DNA of 64,000 bases, taken from NCBI GenBank assembly GCA_008273105.1, contig GCA_008273105.1_4080.1; one strand, given 5' to 3'. The position numbers and the translations under genes are program-made. The DNA comes from a phage. The notes under the pieces are model-generated. The model did no database searches and was not told where the DNA came from. It was given only the letters and a program-made list of their open reading frames with translations. Of the stretch, positions 21,672 through 29,004 are shown piece after piece; the stretch's first letter is position 1; each line of letters begins with the position of its first letter.

Positions 21672-22014
21672 TTTTAATCCTCAAGAAAGTATGCTTACAT
21701 TTTAGTTTATTACCATAGAATGAAATAGGAACATTAAACATTTCAATCTTATCTTCTTTCAACAAACGTAGAATATCAGGATCGTTTTTTGTTTGAATGC
21801 AATGAAGACCATTAACCTGAATTTCTAAACCTTTCTTTAGATATTCATAAATTTTTTGACGACGCATCCCACCATAACTATCATTATGTACCACATCACG
21901 TAATTCTTTATATTCTTGCTTCAATGCTCGGTCTACAAGTGTTCCATCTTTCTTCCTGATCTCTGCAATACATTTATATTGATTTGAACCTCTAAGAGCC
22001 ATGTTGTACCTCAT
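21664..22014 (-). CDS. hypothetical protein
   Basis: 116-aa ORF. Confidence 0.5.
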   Translation of the reverse strand: MRYNMALRGSNQYKCIAEIRKKDGTLVDRALKQEYKELRDVVHNDSYGGMRRQKIYEYLKKGLEIQVNGLHCIQTKNDPDILRLLKEDKIEMFNVPISFYGNKLKCKHTFLRIKNG

Positions 22015-22471
22015 TAGGGTATTTTTTCATCAATTCGTGTAAACGCTGAATCTCTTGTTCTTTTTTTCTATCACTCTCGTATTTTCGAGAAAGTTTCTTT
22101 TTTGTATTTGCTTCTTCTAATCTAATATCAGTACAGAATTTGTCATTTTTAAAAAAATTGATACGCAATGCATCGAAAACAGACTTGAAATCGTTTCCTA
22201 ATTCTTTAGACGTGTCAGTATGATTATGAAAATACATATTATTTGTCATATTTACATGTTCAATTACTGCACCATTGTGCGTTACGATAAACATTATATC
22301 TCCATACTGTTCACGTGGTTCTGTACGATACAGATATATATGTTGACGTAAATAATCTTTTAATTCATGTTCAATGCCACTTTGTTCATAACTTTGATAT
22401 ACTAAAACCTCACCATCAGTTGAACTGTTGTCAGATTCATATGGTTCGCGGATAATTATAAGATTATACAT
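21992..22471 (-). CDS. hypothetical protein
   Basis: 159-aa ORF. Confidence 0.5.
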   Translation of the reverse strand: MYNLIIIREPYESDNSSTDGEVLVYQSYEQSGIEHELKDYLRQHIYLYRTEPREQYGDIMFIVTHNGAVIEHVNMTNNMYFHNHTDTSKELGNDFKSVFDALRINFFKNDKFCTDIRLEEANTKKKLSRKYESDRKKEQEIQRLHELMKKYPNEVQHGS

Positions 22472-22479
22472 ATTACTCC

Positions 22480-22761
22480 TTATACCGGAGATACGGTACT
22501 CAACATTAGTAAAGCTGTATTTTCATCAATTTCATGATAGTTGTCGCATACAAGTGTTTCCAACAAATCAGGATGATAATAATAATGTTCATAATCAGTA
22601 TCATTAGGAATATGATGATATACAAATACAATATCAAAAACATCATCATCATTTTCACTCTTGAAACGCTTTAATTCATCGACACTTTCAACAAAGCCAT
22701 ATTCTTCAAAAGCAGTTGTACCATCTGGTAGTTTCATCCATGCACTTGCAACAATTTTCAT
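22480..22761 (-). CDS. hypothetical protein
   Basis: 93-aa ORF. Confidence 0.45.
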   Translation of the reverse strand: MKIVASAWMKLPDGTTAFEEYGFVESVDELKRFKSENDDDVFDIVFVYHHIPNDTDYEHYYYHPDLLETLVCDNYHEIDENTALLMLSTVSPV

Positions 22762-22778
22762 AAATTTGTGAATCCTTA

Positions 22779-23363
22779 TTATTTTGTAATGTTTAGTTTA
22801 GAAACGAAGTATTCTTTGGCTTCTTCATATGTCATTGAAGTATACATAGGATTCCATTTATCGTCAAGATCAGTAAGTACTTTAACTTCCATTACATCTT
22901 CTGGTGTATAGAATTGCCATGTATTGTGATCTGGCTCATAGTTAGGGTCCAGTACAAAAACCGTACCATCCTGACCATAAACTTCTCCATCCTCTAATAG
23001 CTCACGGAAGAAATCTTCTCCAGTAGTTGGGTCTTCGTATGCATTATAAAAACGAAAAACTACATTCTCAACATCAGTTCGGGTAGTACCATCTTCTTCA
23101 TCATATTCTACCAAACGGTCCTGATGAAATACTAGGTCAATAGCACCAATGCGAGGTTTATTATGTGGAGTTTTGATTTCTTGCTGGGAATTATAATCAA
23201 TACGTTCAGTACTGATGAATACTCCGCTAGGGGTAATTTCAATACCAGACACATTTTCTGGTGAATAATAAGCGTCACACATGTCATCAATGTGCATGTG
23301 CTCATGATACACTTCCATTTCAGGATTCTGCAACAACAGTGCTGCTAAGTCTTTTGCTTTCAA
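22779..23363 (-). CDS. hypothetical protein (dispersed paralog 1)
   Basis: Starts MKAKDLAALLLQNPEMEVYH; paralog of 24099-24716. Confidence 0.55.
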   Translation of the reverse strand: MKAKDLAALLLQNPEMEVYHEHMHIDDMCDAYYSPENVSGIEITPSGVFISTERIDYNSQQEIKTPHNKPRIGAIDLVFHQDRLVEYDEEDGTTRTDVENVVFRFYNAYEDPTTGEDFFRELLEDGEVYGQDGTVFVLDPNYEPDHNTWQFYTPEDVMEVKVLTDLDDKWNPMYTSMTYEEAKEYFVSKLNITK

Positions 23364-23752
23364 TCTTCAATCTCCATAGAATTATCATCATCATAATCAT
23401 CACTGGTGTACTTAGTTTTTACCTCAATACCATTCTCATGTAGATATGTGATAAAACCATTACCATAAACGAATTGATTATAATATGTATTTTCTTCTAC
23501 ATGTGCATCATAATCATCTTCATAATATGTGGGTATTGTAACATCATGACCTACACTTTGCAAGTACTGGAACAATTCTTTCAGTACTACTTCGATATCA
23601 CCTTCTTCTGTACCATAACAATAAGCAGGTTCACCGTGAGTGAATTTGAAACCTTTACAGGAAACTGTATAAATGTCACTCATTTGTATACCACAATCAT
23701 CACATTCATGTATAGAACAATGCTGGTGGAATTTAATCTTTTTGATTTGCAT
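23360..23752 (-). CDS. hypothetical Cys-rich protein
   Basis: 130-aa ORF; HQHCSIHECDDCG cluster. Confidence 0.5.
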   Translation of the reverse strand: MQIKKIKFHQHCSIHECDDCGIQMSDIYTVSCKGFKFTHGEPAYCYGTEEGDIEVVLKELFQYLQSVGHDVTIPTYYEDDYDAHVEENTYYNQFVYGNGFITYLHENGIEVKTKYTSDDYDDDNSMEIED

Positions 23753-24092
23753 TTAGAAAATCCTGTAAAGATGTAGTAGACATTGGACTATCAGCACCAT
23801 CATACCACAGTGATGTATATGGCTGAACTGAACTAATATCAATACAGAATCCTTCACGCTCACATTTTCGAGCGAATTCTTCAGTAGTTAGTTTGTTACC
23901 AAAAGAAATCTCAAATTCATAACTAGACATATCAATATCAGTACTGTAAATCAATGCACCATCATATGTAATATGGAGTTTAGAATCTGCGTCAAAAAGA
24001 CGATCTGAAATAGCTTCATAATCATCTTCAGGAACTGCTTCAATAAGACGTGCCATTAGTCCAGATGTTACGCGGTAATCACTCATGTTCAA
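23733..24092 (-). CDS. hypothetical protein
   Basis: 119-aa ORF. Confidence 0.5.
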   Translation of the reverse strand: MNMSDYRVTSGLMARLIEAVPEDDYEAISDRLFDADSKLHITYDGALIYSTDIDMSSYEFEISFGNKLTTEEFARKCEREGFCIDISSVQPYTSLWYDGADSPMSTTSLQDFLNANQKD

Positions 24093-24098
24093 CCTCTT

Positions 24099-24716
24099 TT
24101 ATTTTTTAATTTTATCAATCATAGAAGGTGATACTTTTACATTGAATTCAGAATCAGGAAAATCTTTAGAAAATGAATCAATTTGTTCTTGTGAAAGTTC
24201 TTCTTTTTGTGGAAATAACATTTTAACTAAATTTTTACCACATTCAATTGCTTCATCATACGACATAGTTTCCCATGTTCCATGCCAAGTATTAGGTTCA
24301 TATTCTGTCAGTACAGAAATGAAATCAATATCATCGGGTGTATACCAAACAGCATTTTGATTCCCTGATGGTGCTGATTGATTTTTACCTAATAAAACAA
24401 TTGGCTTTTCATAAGGAATGTTAAATATCAACCCAGATTCTAAGTTAAGAACAGTTTGAATAGATGAACCCTCCAATTTTGGAGTAATAGTACCATCCTT
24501 AAAGAAAATTTGTACATGACCCAAGAGCGGGGTTTCGTATGGTGTAAGTACATTTTCAGAAACTGATGTGGGTTTTACCGTTGTGAAAATGCCAGATGGG
24601 GTGACCATTAATTTATTATCAAAATTCTGATAATGCAAGTCACTCTCTGCATCATAATGATAAATTTCTAGATTTGGTTGAGATAGTAGTAATTTTGCTA
24701 AATCATGAGATTTCAT
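24099..24716 (-). CDS. hypothetical protein (dispersed paralog 2)
   Basis: Start set at MKSHDLAKLLLSQPNLEIYH (GGAGAAATAAA RBS), matching N-terminus of 22779-23363. Confidence 0.55.
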   Translation of the reverse strand: MKSHDLAKLLLSQPNLEIYHYDAESDLHYQNFDNKLMVTPSGIFTTVKPTSVSENVLTPYETPLLGHVQIFFKDGTITPKLEGSSIQTVLNLESGLIFNIPYEKPIVLLGKNQSAPSGNQNAVWYTPDDIDFISVLTEYEPNTWHGTWETMSYDEAIECGKNLVKMLFPQKEELSQEQIDSFSKDFPDSEFNVKVSPSMIDKIKK

Positions 24717-24726
24717 TTTATTTCTC

Positions 24727-24757
24727 CAAAAGAAAAGGAGAGTCACAATGACTCTCC
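24727..24757 (-). terminator. rho-independent terminator
   Basis: 8-bp stem GGAGAGTC/GACTCTCC, 5-nt loop, TTTTCTTTT tail on minus strand. Confidence 0.6.
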
Positions 24758-24764
24758 ATATATT

Positions 24765-25205
24765 TTATTGTAAAACTTTAAGTTTGTAAAGTGTTCCTTC
24801 AACAAAACTCATAATATCTTCTAATGTGTTTACACTGCCGTAATCACCTGATTCTTCAAGCATATCATGAATTGCTCTACATTGCTCAACATATTCTTCA
24901 AGAATTGGTACACAATCTTCAATTGGTGTAAAACGGTAACTATTACCAGTTCCAACTTGTAAAGCACCACGATTATTCATGATACCTTCAACAAATGCGT
25001 CTACATATTCTGGTAATTCTTTATATAGTTCATCTAATTGTAAATGCTTTGTATAAAAATGACATTGTAAGTGCCAGTTATGTGCAGCAGAACTTAAAAA
25101 CAAACTATTTTCAATAAAAGTTAATAGTACTTCATCATATGAATTATCTTCTTCAGTACTTCCGATAAAGTCCATTACGTGTCGTAAATCATTAATATCT
25201 TCCAT
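24765..25205 (-). CDS. hypothetical protein
   Basis: 146-aa ORF. Confidence 0.5.
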   Translation of the reverse strand: MEDINDLRHVMDFIGSTEEDNSYDEVLLTFIENSLFLSSAAHNWHLQCHFYTKHLQLDELYKELPEYVDAFVEGIMNNRGALQVGTGNSYRFTPIEDCVPILEEYVEQCRAIHDMLEESGDYGSVNTLEDIMSFVEGTLYKLKVLQ

Positions 25206-25237
25206 AATATCTCTCCTTAGAGTTATTCTCTTATTAT

Positions 25238-25666
25238 TTAGTTAATAATAAAGGTAATTTCAGGATTCATTTCAGAAACTGCATTGCGTTTACTTCTATC
25301 CCATAGTATTCTGTTATTATACAAAGAAGAATCACATACTACAAGTAAGCAATTTCTTAATCTACTTACAGTACTTTGATTATTTAAATCAGTTTCTGAA
25401 ATAAAAAATACATTTTCAGGAACTACTAAAGGAATAGATTTATCAAAAAACAAAACTACAATAGGTCTTGTTGTATGAACTGATTTAACGAAATCCAAAA
25501 TACTATTATAAAAATTAGTTTCTTTAGTAATTACTGACGGATCTTTAATTCTTTTCAAATATTGCTGTGGTAATTGATGTTCGTCTTTTATCTGAAACTC
25601 AAAATATTCTTTGAATAACATTTGTGTTAATTCGGATTTATCGGATATTTTCGTTGTGTTACTCAT
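25238..25666 (-). CDS. hypothetical protein
   Basis: 142-aa ORF. Confidence 0.5.
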   Translation of the reverse strand: MSNTTKISDKSELTQMLFKEYFEFQIKDEHQLPQQYLKRIKDPSVITKETNFYNSILDFVKSVHTTRPIVVLFFDKSIPLVVPENVFFISETDLNNQSTVSRLRNCLLVVCDSSLYNNRILWDRSKRNAVSEMNPEITFIIN

Positions 25667-25868
25667 TCACTTCGTTCTCTCGTAACTCAAGAAGTCACTG
25701 CGTTTACTTCGTAAACTAGTTCCTTCTGAAAATGATAATGTACTTTAAAAACTTGACGGGATTTGTTGAGGACTATTACATCCCCCCGCAGGGGAATGAA
25801 GGTAATAAAAAAGAGACAATTAAGTCTCTCTTGACGATGATGGCATCGGATATTATCGAATTGCGAAT

Positions 25869-25898
25869 TTCTCAAATTTTGGACGGATCTTTCTTGTA
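25869..25898. repeat. 30-nt motif copy 1 (TTCTCAAATTTTGGACGGATCTTTCTTGTA)
   Basis: Direct repeat of 26021-26050; embedded in 13-bp hairpin 25870-25912 with CTTTCTTGTA in the loop. Confidence 0.7.
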
Positions 25899-26020
25899 CC
25901 AAAATTTAGAGAGCGAAAGCGGGTTGCTCGGTTTCTCTCTATCGCAGTCATATGCAACGGTCGCTGGTCTTTTCATCAACAGCACTCAGTACTAACTCTA
26001 TTCGATCAAAGTAGTACTTG

Positions 26021-26050
26021 TTCTCAAATTTTGGACGCAACTTTCTTGTA
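26021..26050. repeat. 30-nt motif copy 2 (TTCTCAAATTTTGGACGCAACTTTCTTGTA)
   Basis: 28/30 identical to copy 1; different 8-bp stem (GGACGCAA/TTGCGTCC, 26033-26062) again places CTTTCTTGTA in the loop. Confidence 0.7.
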
Positions 26051-26356
26051 AAAATTGCGTCCGCTATCCTTGAACTCCCTTAGCAAATCTGGTAAGGTGC
26101 GAACCTTATACATCTATCTAGGAACTCTCTGTATGCTTATCGGAGTTCTTTATACAGCCGTGTCGCCGTGATTCGTGGTCTTACATCGTGTTTGTTTGAA
26201 TGCCAGTACTCTAACAGGTTTCTTCTGCTGTTCGCTACAACGGTAAAGCTCATCTATCCTTTACATTTTCAAGAGAAGTAGGTTCTCAGTGTCCATTTTT
26301 CAATGTCCGTTGTCATTTTCTATATACATTATATCATTGGAACATATAATGTCCCA

Positions 26357-26755
26357 TTACATGTATACTTTTTTTAAATCCTTAGAACAACGATCAAAAA
26401 TTGTGTTTATGAATTCAACATCTTCGATAATATTCGAATCGTTAGCAACATTTTCATTTCTTGTCGTGTTCCTATATGTGTGTTCAGGATGATTGTATAC
26501 CACCTTGACTACATTATTTAGGTCTATAAAATTTGACGTTTTTTGCGTATATGAAGCCTGAAGCTTGATGAGTTTACCATCATTCTCAAGATTGGTTTTA
26601 TGAATTAGTTCTTCAATACCAGTTAAATGGCTATAGCTATCTTTTTCTTTTACAAAAGTAATAGTAACAAGAACTGCTTTCTCATCTCCCATATCGGAAA
26701 TGTTTTTTACAGCACTGATAATTTCTAAGTTTGAAAAATCTAATTCTTTAAGCAT
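26357..26755 (-). CDS. hypothetical protein
   Basis: ORF 26357-26833 trimmed to Met27, which abuts the upstream stop (TAAAATG coupling). Confidence 0.45.
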   Translation of the reverse strand: MLKELDFSNLEIISAVKNISDMGDEKAVLVTITFVKEKDSYSHLTGIEELIHKTNLENDGKLIKLQASYTQKTSNFIDLNNVVKVVYNHPEHTYRNTTRNENVANDSNIIEDVEFINTIFDRCSKDLKKVYM

Positions 26756-26756
26756 T

Positions 26757-27113
26757 TTACAAATATTTCCACAAAGTTCGATAAGTGATAATTTCTTCTC
26801 TGGTAACAGAAACTTCATTGCACTTAACACCATCAGTTTCAGTACTGAATGGTTGTACTGGTCTATCTTCTGTTAAACCTCGTTCATAAGTACAATGATA
26901 AAACTTATTTGTGCTCATGTCAAGAAATACGAGATCAAATTCTTCAGTCCACCTTCTGTGCCCTTTGCTTTCATTGCAGATGATTTTATATTTTACATCT
27001 GGTTTAAAAGTTTCAGTACTGTCATCCCATGCACCATAGTCAGTATATTCATCATTTTCATCTAACTCTGCTAGATGCCACATTAATTGTGGTAAAAAGA
27101 TTTTAGATTTCAT
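26757..27113 (-). CDS. hypothetical protein
   Basis: 118-aa ORF with GGAGAAAATAA RBS. Confidence 0.5.
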   Translation of the reverse strand: MKSKIFLPQLMWHLAELDENDEYTDYGAWDDSTETFKPDVKYKIICNESKGHRRWTEEFDLVFLDMSTNKFYHCTYERGLTEDRPVQPFSTETDGVKCNEVSVTREEIITYRTLWKYL

Positions 27114-27123
27114 TTATTTTCTC

Positions 27124-27153
27124 CAAAAAAAAAGACTTGAATACTCAAGTCCC
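27124..27153 (-). terminator. rho-independent terminator
   Basis: Stem GACTTGA/TCAAGTC, 4-nt loop, T9 on minus strand. Confidence 0.6.
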
Positions 27154-27165
27154 TATAATATCATA

Positions 27166-27777
27166 TCAATCATGTTTATTCAATTTCTTCTGTTCTTTTT
27201 TCAAAGCTTTCATATGACGACCAAACTCTCGAACATGCCATAGATGATCGGTTTCCCATAATTCTTGACGTAACCTACGTTCTTCTAGTAGTTTCGACTT
27301 GTCAATGTTATTTTTCTTTTTTTGTACATTAAAGAAATTATTCATATGTTCTTGGAGAAGATTACGACCTTTAACTTTCTCAAGAAACTCATCAACTGTT
27401 TCAGTTTTATTCGAACGTAGTTGATTACATCTGGAGCACATAGTATTAAAGTTTGACTCTAAATCAGGTCCACCCTTAGATGCCAGATGATTATGGTCAA
27501 CTGTCATTAAAACTTCATAAAGACCACATACAGCATATACATTTAAATGTGGTTTACCATATACTGGATCAGAACATAATGAACGTTCAATGCGTACTTC
27601 AGTAGCTTCAATCCCACATGCCACGCATTTTGGATTCTTAACAAAAGTAAGAACTTTTTGTGGGAAATATCGAAAAGTAATACCATTTAAAGTGTAGCGT
27701 TTCATCTTAGTACTTCGTTGATTTAATTCGTCAAGAAGTGATAATTTTGTCGTATAGTAAACATGATATTTGTTCAT
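27166..27777 (-). CDS. HNH endonuclease
   Basis: CVACG...DHNHLASKGG...N...CSRCNQLRSN HNH/Zn-finger motif; start at MNKYHVYY with AAGGAA RBS. Confidence 0.7.
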   Translation of the reverse strand: MNKYHVYYTTKLSLLDELNQRSTKMKRYTLNGITFRYFPQKVLTFVKNPKCVACGIEATEVRIERSLCSDPVYGKPHLNVYAVCGLYEVLMTVDHNHLASKGGPDLESNFNTMCSRCNQLRSNKTETVDEFLEKVKGRNLLQEHMNNFFNVQKKKNNIDKSKLLEERRLRQELWETDHLWHVREFGRHMKALKKEQKKLNKHD

Positions 27778-27778
27778 T

Positions 27779-28087
27779 TTATTCCTTGATATTGATTTTA
27801 ATATCTTTACCTTGTAAATCACGAATAGTTTTAATCAATGCGTCGTGTTTTAAAGCACATTCATTGTAGACTGCATCCCAACGAGTAAGTACTTTAAGAA
27901 TTTCTGCACCATCATAACCTTTAAAACCATTTTTGTCAATCATAATTTTTTGTGGTAGAGGTGTATCATCATCACATCTTTCTAACAGAATTTCTTGTTT
28001 AATTGGTGCGGGGGATTGTAGTTTTACTTGCTCGGCACACCCACTTATAATTAAAAAAGAAATCATTGGAACTAATAATTTTTTCAT
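27779..28087 (-). CDS. o-spanin-like outer-membrane lipoprotein
   Basis: MKKLLVPMISFLIISGC signal peptide with lipobox; immediately follows i-spanin-like gene. Confidence 0.6.
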   Translation of the reverse strand: MKKLLVPMISFLIISGCAEQVKLQSPAPIKQEILLERCDDDTPLPQKIMIDKNGFKGYDGAEILKVLTRWDAVYNECALKHDALIKTIRDLQGKDIKINIKE

Positions 28088-28458
28088 TTGAATTTATTCC
28101 TCGCTGCTTGAGAATTTTGTTTTAGTTCATTCAGTACTTTTACACCATCTTCATCTAAACATACATTCTTATAAACTTCACGTTCTACAATAAAAGGAAC
28201 CTTTGTTTCAATAACTTTAGCATTATCTTCCATGATTTTTTTAGTTTCAATGTAATTTTTTGCATTTTCTTGTTGCATTTTATCCAAGGCGGTATCAACT
28301 TTTTTAGCTATTTGTTGCTCTATGCTTTGTTGATATCCACTGTAATAAGTATTAGCTTCCCAACCAGCATAAGCTGAACCGCCAATTAATAATACAAAAG
28401 AAATTGGTTTCCAAAATGGAATAAGAATTTTTGAAACAATTATTTCTAACATACTCAT
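28084..28458 (-). CDS. i-spanin-like inner-membrane protein
   Basis: N-terminal TM helix followed by coiled-coil periplasmic region; ATGA overlap with lipoprotein gene. Confidence 0.6.
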   Translation of the reverse strand: MSMLEIIVSKILIPFWKPISFVLLIGGSAYAGWEANTYYSGYQQSIEQQIAKKVDTALDKMQQENAKNYIETKKIMEDNAKVIETKVPFIVEREVYKNVCLDEDGVKVLNELKQNSQAARNKFK

Positions 28459-28494
28459 AATAATATCTCCTATAGTTGATGATATTATTTAGAG

Positions 28495-28508
28495 TATACA
28501 ATTGTATA
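28495..28508. promoter_or_regulatory. 14-bp perfect palindrome TATACAATTGTATA upstream of spanin genes
   Basis: Dyad-symmetric site ~35 nt upstream of i-spanin start. Confidence 0.3.
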
Positions 28509-28511
28509 GTT

Positions 28512-28931
28512 TTACAACATTTTTTGAATATGTTCTACTAGTTCATACAGCTTCGTTTCATTATTCTCGAACTTTTCATCAACTTCAACATTGAATTTTT
28601 CTTCTAGTTCCATGACCATTTCAATCCAATCAAGCCAATCAAAATTGAATTTTTCTTCGACTTCCAATTTAGTAAGATTGAAGTTCGCTGATACCTCATT
28701 CTCTGATGTATCACAGTAACGAGTAGTGATGAATTTGACAATTTCTTTTTCAACATCGTTTAATTCACGAGTTTGATATTCGGGCTGAAGATACCACCAT
28801 TCTCCCTTATTAATAGATTCCAATTCTTGTTTGATTTCATGCATTACTTTATAACGGTCAGTACTTTTATCAATAGAATTTACTTCTTGGTTCAATACAT
28901 GTAGTGCATTTTTAATACGTTCATTTAACAT
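28512..28931 (-). CDS. hypothetical acidic protein with ACP-like helix motif
   Basis: DWLDWIEMVMELEEKFNVEV resembles ACP helix II (DSLDTVELVMALEEEF) but Ser is replaced by Trp. Confidence 0.45.
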   Translation of the reverse strand: MLNERIKNALHVLNQEVNSIDKSTDRYKVMHEIKQELESINKGEWWYLQPEYQTRELNDVEKEIVKFITTRYCDTSENEVSANFNLTKLEVEEKFNFDWLDWIEMVMELEEKFNVEVDEKFENNETKLYELVEHIQKML

Positions 28932-28943
28932 TTTATCACCTTA

Positions 28944-28973
28944 TAAAAAAGAGAACTCCATATGAAGTTCTCT
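28944..28973 (-). terminator. rho-independent terminator after 929-aa gene
   Basis: 8-bp stem AGAGAACT/AGTTCTCT, 8-nt loop, T6 on minus strand. Confidence 0.6.
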
Positions 28974-29004
28974 GATTATACATAATTACTTTTTCTATGT
29001 CAAG

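Larger units (their letters stand above)
25667..26356. other. unusually long non-coding region; candidate replication origin or structured ncRNA locus
   Basis: ~690 bp with no credible ORF on either strand in an otherwise packed genome; duplicated 30-nt motif, several hairpins; no tRNA-like T-arm seen. Confidence 0.5.

Noticed and set aside
25667-26356. tRNA gene(s) in the long non-coding region
   Set aside because: No GTTCRANYC-type T-arm or cloverleaf could be found on either strand by eye. A tRNA scan should still be run.
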